Virus record (IMG/VR): IMGVR_UViG_3300017725_001848
DNA length: 64,000 nt
Source of the DNA: a virus
Strand: one strand, 5' to 3'
The position numbers and the translations under genes were made by a program. The stretch's first letter is position 1. Each line of letters starts with the position of its first letter. The notes beneath the pieces are model-generated. The model searched no databases, was not told the DNA's origin, and saw nothing but the letters and a program-made list of their open reading frames with translations. This document shows positions 18,204 through 27,622 of the stretch, one piece after another.

Positions 18204-18945
18204 AAAGTTATTTTTAGTTTGGCATGATTCGGGTTGGCCCGGCACTTGGTTGTTATGGTTTATCAATCAACATACAAACTTTCCTAAATTTAAAGGAAGG
18301 TATCTATATAGTCCAGTCGCCGGCGCCGCAGGATCAAAGTACGAATTTGATTTGCCATTACATTATAGTTGTGATGGAGTAAGTTGGCATCTAGAAACTA
18401 AAATGCCAACTGATCGTAATTTTTTACCTCCAAAAGTAAAAGACAAATTTAATAATAAGACTGTAACATTAGAACAACATAGAAAATACTTTATGACAGA
18501 TAAGCATGATGAATCTTTTACAAGCATTGCATTAAAACTATCAGCACAACATAATCCACACAAAGCTCGTACTTGGCAAATTAATTCAGACATCGCAAAA
18601 GAATGTAAAGTATATAAAAATATTATGATGATCTCAGGAGATTACGAATGGTTAATTGGTAGAAGAATGTATGACTTAACTTTAGATGATAGTGCAAAAG
18701 TAAGAAGAGAAAAATTAAAATCAACTTATGTTAAGATGATTGATATGAAAAATGTTACTACAAACTTTCCATATCTAGCAGAAAATGCTCCAAACTATAT
18801 TGTGAACATAGGCAGGCTATTAAACGAAAGTCAAGGTGAGTACGACAATCTAGTAAGAGCATTAGAAACTGAACCAAGAGAAGATTGGAAAAAGCTAGTA
18901 AAAACTGGAACAGTAACATTTCAAAAATATTTAAAGGATAGATAA
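18193..18945 (+). CDS. Hypothetical protein, possibly P-loop/sulfotransferase-fold-like
   Basis: N-terminal LFLVWHDSGWPGTWLLWFIN resembles the strand-loop-helix of 1963-2571. Confidence 0.35.
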   Translation: MKDKKLFLVWHDSGWPGTWLLWFINQHTNFPKFKGRYLYSPVAGAAGSKYEFDLPLHYSCDGVSWHLETKMPTDRNFLPPKVKDKFNNKTVTLEQHRKYFMTDKHDESFTSIALKLSAQHNPHKARTWQINSDIAKECKVYKNIMMISGDYEWLIGRRMYDLTLDDSAKVRREKLKSTYVKMIDMKNVTTNFPYLAENAPNYIVNIGRLLNESQGEYDNLVRALETEPREDWKKLVKTGTVTFQKYLKDR

Positions 18946-19740
18946 TTGAAGACATATAAGATAGCAGTATTTGGTTGTGGGTTTGTAGGAGGAACAGTTG
19001 CTGACTTTTTAGAGCAAGGCGGAGTAGAAGTAACTAGAGTTGATCCTAAACTATACCCAGACACAGATCCAACAGAAGCAATAATGAATACAGATGGTAT
19101 AATTATTTGTGTACCAACTCCAAGTATGGAAAATGGTTCATGTGATGATAAACATATTAAAGAAGTATTGGAACTATGTGATTACAGAACTAAAGTATTA
19201 TTAAAGAGTACAGTAACATCAGACTTATTAAGTAGCTATGTACCTAACGTAGTATATAATCCAGAGTTTTTACGAGAAGCAAGTGCTAAAGAAGATTTTG
19301 CAAATCAACACACACAAATATTTGGCCATCATAACAATGCATATGATGATGCCGTTTGGTGGGCAGATTTGTTTAATGAAATTCATTCTAAACCTATTGC
19401 TACAGAATTTACCAATAGAGAGACAGCTAGTATGATAAAATATGTCCATAATGCTTGGTTAGCCACAAAAGTAGCATGGTTTCATGAACTATATGATACA
19501 ATGCAACCTGAGGTAAACTATGGCACTTTATCTAGTGTACTAGGTAAATTTTCTACTATAGGATCGACACATATGCTTGTGCCAAACTCTCAAGGAACCC
19601 TAGGATATAGTGGGTCTTGTTTTCCTAAAGATCTAAAAGCATTGACAAATATCCTAAATCATAGTATAATAAAGAACGTTGTTAAGGTAAATGAAACCCT
19701 ATTAATCAAGGAGGTTACAAATGGGAAAAACAATAACTAG
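18946..19740 (+). CDS. UDP-glucose/GDP-mannose 6-dehydrogenase family protein lacking the C-terminal UDP-binding domain
   Basis: GCGFVG, ICVPTP, LKSTV, YNPEFLRE, IKYVHN, GYSGSCFPKD; only 264 aa. Confidence 0.8.
   Translation: MKTYKIAVFGCGFVGGTVADFLEQGGVEVTRVDPKLYPDTDPTEAIMNTDGIIICVPTPSMENGSCDDKHIKEVLELCDYRTKVLLKSTVTSDLLSSYVPNVVYNPEFLREASAKEDFANQHTQIFGHHNNAYDDAVWWADLFNEIHSKPIATEFTNRETASMIKYVHNAWLATKVAWFHELYDTMQPEVNYGTLSSVLGKFSTIGSTHMLVPNSQGTLGYSGSCFPKDLKALTNILNHSIIKNVVKVNETLLIKEVTNGKNNN
19642..19670 (+). promoter_or_regulatory. Perfect sigma70 promoter TTGACA-N17-TATAAT inside the 3' end of the dehydrogenase gene
   Basis: -35 at 19642-19647, -10 at 19665-19670; upstream of the glycine-zipper gene. 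Confidence 0.75.
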
Positions 19741-20230
19741 TATTGTAACATTAACAGTTGCAATAATTTTAACATATGCTTCAACTGCTAGTGCAGGTGG
19801 ATTTACATCTGATCCTGTAAAAACAGATAGGGCATACATCAAAGATCATTATATCACTAAAACAATTAGAACACCTAATCCATCTACACAAACTTGTAGA
19901 GAAGTTGATGTTCCAATATATGGAAACACAGGTGGTAATACAGATGGTGCAGAAATACTAGGTGCTATCATTGGTGGAGTAATTGGATCTAAAATTGGAA
20001 GTGGCGATGGTAGTAAAGTTGCAACAGGTGTTGGTGCTATAATTGGTTCTAAGATTGGTAAAAATAATGCTCAAACTAATAACAATAATATTGTTGGTTA
20101 TAAGAGACAAACAATCTGTGAAACTAATACAACATATAACACAGTTCAACAAAACGTATATAGCCACAGTACAATTAGATTTACTGATCAAAACGGTAAA
20201 GTTTTTGAACTTACATTTCAAAGACAATAA
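19721..20230 (+). CDS. Secreted glycine-zipper 2TM protein
   Basis: Signal peptide ending TASA; GAIIGGVIGSKIGSGDGSKVATGVGAIIGSKIG. Confidence 0.8.
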   Translation: MGKTITSIVTLTVAIILTYASTASAGGFTSDPVKTDRAYIKDHYITKTIRTPNPSTQTCREVDVPIYGNTGGNTDGAEILGAIIGGVIGSKIGSGDGSKVATGVGAIIGSKIGKNNAQTNNNNIVGYKRQTICETNTTYNTVQQNVYSHSTIRFTDQNGKVFELTFQRQ

Positions 20231-20243
20231 CTCAAAATTTATA

Positions 20244-20278
20244 AAAAGATCCGTGGTGCCTACAATTACGGATCTTTT
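20244..20278 (+). terminator. Stem-loop, probable intrinsic terminator
   Basis: AAAAGATCCGT (20244-20254) pairs with ACGGATCTTTT (20268-20278), right after the glycine-zipper stop. Confidence 0.65.
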
Positions 20279-20310
20279 CTTAGTATTTAAACAGAAGGAA
20301 TATAAATAGT

Positions 20311-21207
20311 ATGGAAGAGAAAAAGTATTACTACTCAGAAATATTTCATTCTATACAAGGTGAAGGACATTATACAGGAGTACCAACTGCCTGGATAAGA
20401 TTCTTTTTATGTAACTTACAATGTAGTGGGTTTGGGCAGATTGATCCTACAAATCCTGAAACATATGATTTACCATTTGAAGACTTTGATGTATCAAGTG
20501 TAAAGAGAGTTGAAGACTTGCCTGTATGGGAAAAAGGTTGTGATAGTAGTTACACGTGGGCCAAGAAGTTTAAAAGTCTTATGGGTCAAGAAACTCCTTC
20601 TGTATTAGCAAATAAAATTGTAGACATAATGAAAAATGAAAGTAACCCTGATGGATTGTTTTTACATCCTGTTACAGGGCAAAGACAGCATTTATGTATT
20701 ACAGGCGGAGAGCCATTAATGGCAACAGGGCAAATGGCTACAGTAGGAATATATGAAGAACTTGAAAGACAAAATAACTTACCAGAGTCAATGACATTTG
20801 AAACAAATGGTACACAAAAACTCAGAGAACCATTTATGGAATGGGTTAAGAGAATTGATACAGAAATATTTTTTAGTTGTAGTCCTAAACTATTTACAGT
20901 ATCAGGAGAAGCTCCTGGTAAAGCAATTAAGCCTGAAGTAGTTGCAGAGTACAGAAAACTATCTAGTAAAGGGCAATTAAAATTTGTAGTAGGTCCTAAA
21001 GATAGAGAGTGGGATGAGATGGAATCAGTAATTAAACAGTTTAAAGATGCAGGTGTTGACTGGCCCGTATGGGTTATGCCAACAGGTGCTAGAGAAGAAG
21101 AGCAGACTGCAGGTGCAGGTAAAGTTGCAGAAAAAGCATTTAAACGTGGGTACAATGTTGCGGCAAGAGTACACGTTTACTTGTTTGGTAATGCTATAGG
21201 AACATAA
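20311..21207 (+). CDS. queE: 7-carboxy-7-deazaguanine synthase (radical SAM) with an insertion in the cluster-binding loop
   Basis: EIFHSIQGEG, WIRFFLCNLQC..(38 aa)..CDS, ITGGEP, FETNG, SCSPK, LKFVV, RVHVYL. Confidence 0.88.
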   Translation: MEEKKYYYSEIFHSIQGEGHYTGVPTAWIRFFLCNLQCSGFGQIDPTNPETYDLPFEDFDVSSVKRVEDLPVWEKGCDSSYTWAKKFKSLMGQETPSVLANKIVDIMKNESNPDGLFLHPVTGQRQHLCITGGEPLMATGQMATVGIYEELERQNNLPESMTFETNGTQKLREPFMEWVKRIDTEIFFSCSPKLFTVSGEAPGKAIKPEVVAEYRKLSSKGQLKFVVGPKDREWDEMESVIKQFKDAGVDWPVWVMPTGAREEEQTAGAGKVAEKAFKRGYNVAARVHVYLFGNAIGT

Positions 21208-21518
21208 TGGAATATAAAAAGAAATTGGATGACAAGATAAAAGAACTTAACTCTACAAGGGTATTTAAAAAAGTTACACCAAAGGGTGATTTATCTTGGT
21301 ATGTAAAATGGACAGCAAGTATATTAATTCTTTTTGCAACCGTTGCTAGAGCAACAGGTACTGTACCACAAGTTGATTTATGGTTTGGATTATTTGGAAC
21401 TATGGGTTGGTTTTGGGTTGGAATGCTTTGGCATGATAGGGCTCTTATCATGCTTAATGGGGTATTAGTAACATTAATTATAATGGGACTTGTGAAATAT
21501 TATTTTGGAGTAGCATAA
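21207..21518 (+). CDS. Small membrane protein (3 TM)
   Basis: Hydrophobic segments after SWYVKW; coupled to queE and iscU. Confidence 0.7.
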   Translation: MEYKKKLDDKIKELNSTRVFKKVTPKGDLSWYVKWTASILILFATVARATGTVPQVDLWFGLFGTMGWFWVGMLWHDRALIMLNGVLVTLIIMGLVKYYFGVA

Positions 21519-21904
21519 TGGCTTACAGTAAAAAAGTTATGGATCATTACAATAATCCACGTAATGTAGGTAAGATGGATAAAGAAGATCCTAAGGTAGG
21601 AACAGGAATGGTAGGTGCTCCTGCTTGTGGTGATGTAATGCAGTTACAAATTAAAGTAGAAGGCGAAGTTATAGAAGATGCTTGTTTTAAAACATACGGT
21701 TGTGGAAGTGCGATTGCTAGTAGCAGTCTTGTAACAGAAATGATTAAAGGTATGACACTAGGAGAAGCAAAGGCAGTTAAAAATATGGACATAGTAGATG
21801 AACTATCATTACCTCCAGTTAAAATTCATTGTAGTGTATTGGCGGAAGATGCTATTAAGTCAGCAGTAAAGAATTATCAGAACAAAAATAGAATGCATAG
21901 ATAA
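21518..21904 (+). CDS. iscU: Fe-S cluster scaffold protein
   Basis: YSKKVMDHYNNPRNVG, VGAPACGDVM, KTYGCGSAIASSS, LPPVKIHCSVLAEDA. Confidence 0.97.
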   Translation: MAYSKKVMDHYNNPRNVGKMDKEDPKVGTGMVGAPACGDVMQLQIKVEGEVIEDACFKTYGCGSAIASSSLVTEMIKGMTLGEAKAVKNMDIVDELSLPPVKIHCSVLAEDAIKSAVKNYQNKNRMHR

Positions 21905-22302
21905 TGGCAAGTATATCAGAATGGGCAGAGAACTTAGATCTCTTAGAAGATGGTACAGAAAAACTAACGTATCTAGTTGAGTTAGCTAGAAAAGAAACTA
22001 GCCTACCACTAGAACTAAGAACAAAAGATCGTTTAATAGGTGGATGTATGTCAAAGATATGGGTTGATGTAGGAATTGTAGAAGATAAAGTAAAAGTTTA
22101 CTACGACAGTGATGCAATGATCACTAAAGGAATAACAAGTATTGTATGTGATTGTTTTTCAGATAAAACAGTTGCTGATGCTAAGAAAATTAAACTAGAA
22201 GACTTTGAAAAGTTAAACATTCAACAGTTGTTAACACCACAAAGAAGAAATGGGTTAGGTAGTTTAATTGGGACAATAATAAAAAGGATAGAATCGATAT
22301 GA
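21904..22302 (+). CDS. sufE: Sulfur-acceptor protein SufE/CsdE
   Basis: IGGCMSKIWV, DSDAMITKG, LLTPQRRNGL. Confidence 0.9.
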   Translation: MASISEWAENLDLLEDGTEKLTYLVELARKETSLPLELRTKDRLIGGCMSKIWVDVGIVEDKVKVYYDSDAMITKGITSIVCDCFSDKTVADAKKIKLEDFEKLNIQQLLTPQRRNGLGSLIGTIIKRIESI

Positions 22303-23387
22303 CAAAGATAGGTAATTACGTATTCACTAGCGAAAGTGTTAGTGACGGGCACCCAGACAAAGTAGCAGATCAAATTAGTGATGCTCTAGTTGATGCGGGT
22401 CTAAAGAATGGCGATGATACCACAAGAGTAGCAGTTGAAACTCTTGTAACAACAAATCTTGTAACCGTTGCAGGTGAAGTTAAAAACTTTAATGTAACAA
22501 AAGAAGAAGTAGAACAAATTGTAAGAAACAAAGTAAAAGAAATAGGCTATGAACAAGATGGATTTCATTGGGATAAATTAAAAGTCTACAATGAAATACA
22601 TTCACAGAGTGCAGATATTGGATTAGGTACAGACGACTTTGGTGCAGGAGATCAAGGTATTATGTTTGGTTATGCTTGTAATGAGAATGAATCATACTTA
22701 CCAGCACCAATACATTATTCACACGAGATTCTTAAACAATTAAAAACACAAAGACAACACGTATTAGGTCCTGATAGTAAATCACAAGTAAGTATTGAAT
22801 ACGTAGGTGGTATACCCAAAAGAGTAGATCAAGTTATTATCAGTAGTCAACATGGCGAAGGACAAATTCAACAAGCAAGAAATATATGTAAGTTAGCAGG
22901 AATGACAGTATTGGAAGGTTTATATGATGAAAATACTACATGGCATCTTAATCCAACCGGTAACTTTGTTATCGGCGGTCCTGACGGTGATACTGGCCTT
23001 ACAGGCAGAAAGATTATCGTTGATACATATGGGGGCTTTGCTCCTCACGGTGGTGGCGCTTTTAGCGGAAAGGACCCTACGAAAGTAGATAGAAGTGCGG
23101 CATATATGGCACGTTGGTTAGCAAAAAACGTTGTAGCAGACAATATGGCTGATTGGTGTAGTATCCAATTAAGTTATGCTATTGGTATTAAAGAACCAAC
23201 AAGTATATACGTTGATAGTAATGGACATAACAAAAGTATTGAAAAGTTTATTAAAGAAAATATTGACCTAACACCAAAAGGAATCATTGACAAATTCGAT
23301 TTATTCAAGTATTATATGTATAGTAAGAATTGTACATTTGGACATTTTGGAAATAAAGATGTACCGTGGGAGAAAATAGGATGGTAA
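22299..23387 (+). CDS. metK: S-adenosylmethionine synthetase
   Basis: SESVSDGHPDK, GAGDQG, GGPDGDTGLTGRKIIVDTYGG, GGGAFSGKDPTKVDRS. Confidence 0.97.
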   Translation: MTKIGNYVFTSESVSDGHPDKVADQISDALVDAGLKNGDDTTRVAVETLVTTNLVTVAGEVKNFNVTKEEVEQIVRNKVKEIGYEQDGFHWDKLKVYNEIHSQSADIGLGTDDFGAGDQGIMFGYACNENESYLPAPIHYSHEILKQLKTQRQHVLGPDSKSQVSIEYVGGIPKRVDQVIISSQHGEGQIQQARNICKLAGMTVLEGLYDENTTWHLNPTGNFVIGGPDGDTGLTGRKIIVDTYGGFAPHGGGAFSGKDPTKVDRSAAYMARWLAKNVVADNMADWCSIQLSYAIGIKEPTSIYVDSNGHNKSIEKFIKENIDLTPKGIIDKFDLFKYYMYSKNCTFGHFGNKDVPWEKIGW

Positions 23388-23812
23388 AAGTAAATATATT
23401 ATGGGCGTCAATGTTTGGAACCGCAGAAGATGTTGCAATTGACGTACACGAAAAAGTAAAAGATAAAGGCGTAGAAATATTTGAAATGAATGATGTTTCA
23501 ATGGAAGACTTCCAAGCAATGGAAAACGTTGTATTTGTTTCTAGTAGCACAGGACAAGGTGATGTACCTACTAATGGTGAAAACTTTTATAGTGAACTAG
23601 AAAAAGCAGAACTTGATCTAAGTAAAACAAAATATGCAGTATGTGCATTAGGTGATAGTTCTCATACAAATTTCTGTGGTGCAGGTAAAAAGATAGATGC
23701 ACGAATGGAAGCACTCGGAGCAACACGAATAGCAGATAGGCTTGAGTGTGATGGCGACGATGAAGGTGCTAGAGAATATTCAGAAGATTCAATAGCAAAA
23801 CTTATAGGATGA
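23381..23812 (+). CDS. Flavodoxin (MioC/CysJ-N-like short chain)
   Basis: WASMFGTAE, SSTGQGDVP, ALGDSSHTNFCGAG, ECDGD. Start moved to ATG 23381. Confidence 0.9.
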   Translation: MVKVNILWASMFGTAEDVAIDVHEKVKDKGVEIFEMNDVSMEDFQAMENVVFVSSSTGQGDVPTNGENFYSELEKAELDLSKTKYAVCALGDSSHTNFCGAGKKIDARMEALGATRIADRLECDGDDEGAREYSEDSIAKLIG

Positions 23813-23815
23813 TAA

Positions 23816-24100
23816 ATGTTTAAAAAACTAAAAAATCTAATGTCAGGTAGTAGCAATAGACAGCAAATAATGTCTGACAAAGAAAAAGCAACAGCCGAAG
23901 GCAAACCTTTTGTAAAAGTAATTGATGTTAAGTTTGATGAAAAGAATCCAGGAGATGGATACTTTGAGTTAGAATGGAACAAACACTTTGTAACTAAATT
24001 AGAAGAAGCAGGTTATAGTGGCAAAGATGAAAATGAAACAGTCGATGCATGGTTTACTACACTATGCAGAGGAATTGCAGAAGATGAATCTACGTCGTAG
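23816..24100 (+). CDS. Hypothetical protein
   Basis: Intact ORF within the operon. Confidence 0.65.
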   Translation: MFKKLKNLMSGSSNRQQIMSDKEKATAEGKPFVKVIDVKFDEKNPGDGYFELEWNKHFVTKLEEAGYSGKDENETVDAWFTTLCRGIAEDESTS

Positions 24101-24130
24101 ATTCTATAAACTTAAATTATAAGGAATAAA

Positions 24131-25129
24131 ATGTTGAGTTATATTTTAGTTGATGCCGCTAATATGTTTTTTAGAGCAAGGCACGTTGTAAGAGGAAGTG
24201 ATATGAAAACTAAGATTGGTATGTCATATCATATTATTTTTAATAGTATTAACAAGGTGTGGCGTGAGCAACAAGGCACACACGTTGTATTATGCTTAGA
24301 AGGACGTAGCTGGCGTAAAGACGCATACGAGCCTTATAAACGTAACAGAGCTGAAGCAAGGTCTGCTTTAACAGATCAAGAGAAAACTGAAGACGAAGAG
24401 TTTTGGCAAGCATTTGATGAACTGCAACAGTTCTTTAAAGACAAAACAAATTGTACAGTATTACAAAACAAAGAGTGCGAAGCAGATGACTTTATTGCAC
24501 GTTGGATTCACAATCACCCTAATGATAAACATTGTATAGTAAGTAGCGATAGTGACTTCTATCAGCTTATTAAAGAGAATGTAACACAATACAATGGTAT
24601 CATGGGACAATTAATTACTATAGATGGCATATTTGATGATAGTGGTAAAGCTATTATTGATAAGAAAACTAAAGAACCTAAGTTACTAGGAGACCCAGAA
24701 TACTTATTATTTGAGAAGTGTATACGAGGTGATACTAGTGATAATATCTTTAGTGCATTTCCTGGTGCTCGTAAAAAAGGTACTAAGAATAAAGTAGGTA
24801 TGCTAGAAGCCTTTGCTGATAAAGGTGCAAAAGGCTTTAATTGGAATAACTTTATGTTACAACGATGGGTTGATCATGAGAATGTAGAACACAGAGTACT
24901 TGATGACTATCAACGTAATTTACAGTTAATTGATCTTAATGCACAACCAGATGAGATTAAACAAAAGCTAGATGGTGCTATTGTTGAACAAGTGCAGAAG
25001 CAACCTAAGTCACAAGTAGGTATTCATTTTATGAAGTTCTGTGGCAAATGGGATATGCAAAGAGTATCTGAAAAAGCACAGGATCATTCACAATATTTAA
25101 ATTCAAGTTATGGGAGTGCAAATGCCTAG
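24131..25129 (+). CDS. rnh: RNase H / 5'-3' flap exonuclease (T4 rnh-like)
   Basis: LVDAAN, YKRNR, CEADDFI, SSDSDFYQL, GDTSDNI. Confidence 0.88.
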   Translation: MLSYILVDAANMFFRARHVVRGSDMKTKIGMSYHIIFNSINKVWREQQGTHVVLCLEGRSWRKDAYEPYKRNRAEARSALTDQEKTEDEEFWQAFDELQQFFKDKTNCTVLQNKECEADDFIARWIHNHPNDKHCIVSSDSDFYQLIKENVTQYNGIMGQLITIDGIFDDSGKAIIDKKTKEPKLLGDPEYLLFEKCIRGDTSDNIFSAFPGARKKGTKNKVGMLEAFADKGAKGFNWNNFMLQRWVDHENVEHRVLDDYQRNLQLIDLNAQPDEIKQKLDGAIVEQVQKQPKSQVGIHFMKFCGKWDMQRVSEKAQDHSQYLNSSYGSANA

Positions 25130-25871
25130 AGCATATATTTTTGATGTAGACGGAACATTAACACCTAGTAGAACTTTAATGGATCCAGAGTTTTCAAAAT
25201 TCTTTTATGAATTTTGTACTAACAATAATGTTTATATAGTAACTGGTAGTGACAAATATAAAACAGTTGAACAATTAGGTGAAGCAAACTATAGTATGGC
25301 TAAGAAAGCATATCAATGTAGTGGCAATGATGTATACGAAGGTGACAAAAGCATATACTCAAATGATTGGAAAATTAGTGAAGAGATAAGAACATTCTTA
25401 GAAGAGATGTTAGATGAATCAGATTTTAAAAAACGAATAGGTAAACACATTGATGAACGAATAGGCTTATGTAATTTTAGTATACTAGGTAGAGGAACAG
25501 AGTCTGCTAAAGAAGACAGAGAGCAGTATGATAACGATAGATCAGAATATCAAGAGTTTGATAAGAAAACCAATGAAAGAGAATACATCTGTAAAAAGTT
25601 TAATAGACAATTTGAATCTAAAGGTGTAAGGGCTCAAGTAGCAGGATCAACTGGTGTAGATATAATGCAAGTAGGAGCAGACAAAGGACAAATTATAAAT
25701 GACTTTGACAATATGAACATATACTTTTTTGGTGATATGATGCAACCAGGCGGTAATGACGAACCTCTTAAAAATGCTATAATCAAACGTAATAATAATA
25801 ACGATAAGTGTTATCAAGTAAATGGGTGGGAACAAACATTTAGTTTATTAAAGGCAATGAATGACAGCTGA
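25122..25871 (+). CDS. HAD IIB hydrolase, phosphomannomutase-like
   Basis: FDVDGTLT, VTGSD, NFSILGR, DKGQ, FFGD..PGGND. Confidence 0.8.
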   Translation: MPRAYIFDVDGTLTPSRTLMDPEFSKFFYEFCTNNNVYIVTGSDKYKTVEQLGEANYSMAKKAYQCSGNDVYEGDKSIYSNDWKISEEIRTFLEEMLDESDFKKRIGKHIDERIGLCNFSILGRGTESAKEDREQYDNDRSEYQEFDKKTNEREYICKKFNRQFESKGVRAQVAGSTGVDIMQVGADKGQIINDFDNMNIYFFGDMMQPGGNDEPLKNAIIKRNNNNDKCYQVNGWEQTFSLLKAMNDS

Positions 25872-26025
25872 GTTCGGAATACTTATGGGAGTAGGTGGAA
25901 CATTAATATCAATCCTAGGATTCTTTATTGCATTTAAAATAGCAACATACGAAAAAACTGATAAAGAAGAACCTGATAATCCAATAACTGAATTTTGGAA
26001 AGACTTTCCAGGTAATAAAAAATAA
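25861..26025 (+). CDS. Small single-TM protein (not in ORF track)
   Basis: Own translation: MTAEFGILMGVGGTLISILGFFIAFKIATYEKTDKEEPDNPITEFWKDFPGNKK*. It fills the gap and is coupled at both ends. Confidence 0.6.
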   Translation: MTAEFGILMGVGGTLISILGFFIAFKIATYEKTDKEEPDNPITEFWKDFPGNKK

Positions 26026-26345
26026 TGGAATTTGTAATTAACAGAGTGGAGAAATTAAAAATAATGGAAAATATAGAAATAGAATCAATTAGACAAGACT
26101 TGACAGAACGTTTGAAACAAGGTAAACTAGTTGTAAAGTTTAATAAATTAAATGGTGACTATAGAGAAATGACTTGTACATTGCAAGAAGATATATTACC
26201 TCCAGCTAAAAAAGAAGATCCATTAAGTCAAAAGAAAGTTAGAAATATCAATCCAGAAGTATTAAGTGTATGGGATACTAAAGCCAATGGATGGCGTGGA
26301 TTTAGAATAGACAGGATTATTGAAGTTGAAGATGTTAAAGATTAA
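26025..26345 (+). CDS. WYL-like/SH3-barrel phage protein (DUF2693-like)
   Basis: FNKLNGDYREMTCTL ... VWDTKANGWRGFRIDRI. Confidence 0.6.
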   Translation: MEFVINRVEKLKIMENIEIESIRQDLTERLKQGKLVVKFNKLNGDYREMTCTLQEDILPPAKKEDPLSQKKVRNINPEVLSVWDTKANGWRGFRIDRIIEVEDVKD

Positions 26346-26775
26346 ACAAATAATCAAAGACAAATATTGGATAGTTGAAAGTGGCTACGGTAAAGTAGGT
26401 ACAGTAAGAAAACTTGACAATGGATTTGAATATTTTAATCAAGACGATAATACAAAAGAATTACTTCCAAATTTAGATAGGTTTAAAGAAACAGTAGTAT
26501 TACAGACTACTAATGAAAACCAAGAGTACAAAGGATTTCCAACAAATACTCCTATATTATTTGAAGTAGAAGATGAATCTAGAGCTTTATTTAAAAAAGC
26601 TAAAGATGGGAAAACAATATTTGTTGCAGGCTATTATATTTTAAAGTATGATGGTATGGGGTGGCAACACGCATTTTGTCCTAAATTAGAAACATTGGAC
26701 AAATATGAACACCGAGGCCCCTATCTCACAGAGTGGGATATGAATTTAAACTTAAAAAAGGCTAAAAAAGAATGA
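26332..26775 (+). CDS. Hypothetical phage protein
   Basis: Intact ORF. Confidence 0.65.
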   Translation: MLKIKQIIKDKYWIVESGYGKVGTVRKLDNGFEYFNQDDNTKELLPNLDRFKETVVLQTTNENQEYKGFPTNTPILFEVEDESRALFKKAKDGKTIFVAGYYILKYDGMGWQHAFCPKLETLDKYEHRGPYLTEWDMNLNLKKAKKE

Positions 26776-27257
26776 GAAACTTAATATTATCTTTGTTAGT
26801 ACTGTTTACTATTGCAAACGTGACATATGCACAAACAGTTAGTCCAGACAGTTTATTGGATGGCTCACCGCCAGATATGTCAAATTCTACTCCTAAACAG
26901 GAAAAGAAACAGGTAGAGAAAGATCCAGAAAAACAGTTGCCAGCTCAGTCGTGGGATGAAACAGGGTGGATCCAACATAATAGATCCTTACAATGTCATA
27001 CTATAGACAATGTTAGAGCATTTACAATGGCACGTGGACAGCAAATAATATTATCTGGGTTTAAAGCACCTCAATATGTACCCGCTGATCCGTTTGAAGG
27101 ATTAATTATAACACAGAATCTTACAACAGGTGAGTATACATTGATGCTAGTTCAAGTATCTACTGGTCTAACTTGTATCGTACAAATGGGTACGGCTATA
27201 CAATCAACATTAGACGTTATTAAACAGTTGGAACAAGACCAAAGCACAGAAAAATAA
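26772..27257 (+). CDS. Secreted hypothetical protein
   Basis: Signal peptide MRNLILSLLVLFTIANVTYA. Confidence 0.65.
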   Translation: MRNLILSLLVLFTIANVTYAQTVSPDSLLDGSPPDMSNSTPKQEKKQVEKDPEKQLPAQSWDETGWIQHNRSLQCHTIDNVRAFTMARGQQIILSGFKAPQYVPADPFEGLIITQNLTTGEYTLMLVQVSTGLTCIVQMGTAIQSTLDVIKQLEQDQSTEK

Positions 27258-27319
27258 GCCATTAACTGATGTTTTTTCTTACAAGTATGCTAAATACAAG
27301 TAATAAGGAGAAACATTTA

Positions 27320-27622
27320 ATGGCTAGACCAAAACCTACAATTATACTTGACTCAGTTGATAAGTCATATAATAGTGAACAAATACTTAATGCCGTTGCA
27401 ATATATGCGGTGTATTATGAAAACAAACCTATCAATCTAAGGACTATGAATACGTTAGTAAACTATCCAGGTCCAAAGTATAAAAAGGTTAGTTTCTCAA
27501 ATAGCGGTCATGCTTTTAATTTAGCAGATAGGCTGAATAAAAAGTTTAATACAGATAAGTTTAGTGTGGTAAAACTAGTTGATGGACAAACGATCAGTAG
27601 AGATGCAAAAGGTTCAGATTAA
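27320..27622 (+). CDS. Hypothetical basic protein
   Basis: AAGGAG RBS before ATG 27320; CTAAATA at 27290-27296 upstream. Confidence 0.65.
   Translation: MARPKPTIILDSVDKSYNSEQILNAVAIYAVYYENKPINLRTMNTLVNYPGPKYKKVSFSNSGHAFNLADRLNKKFNTDKFSVVKLVDGQTISRDAKGSD

Noticed and set aside
20301-20308. Exact T4 late consensus TATAAATA before queE
   Set aside because: It is only 2 nt before the ATG and downstream of the AAGGA RBS, so a transcript from it would lack the RBS and start codon context. It is probably just the RBS spacer.
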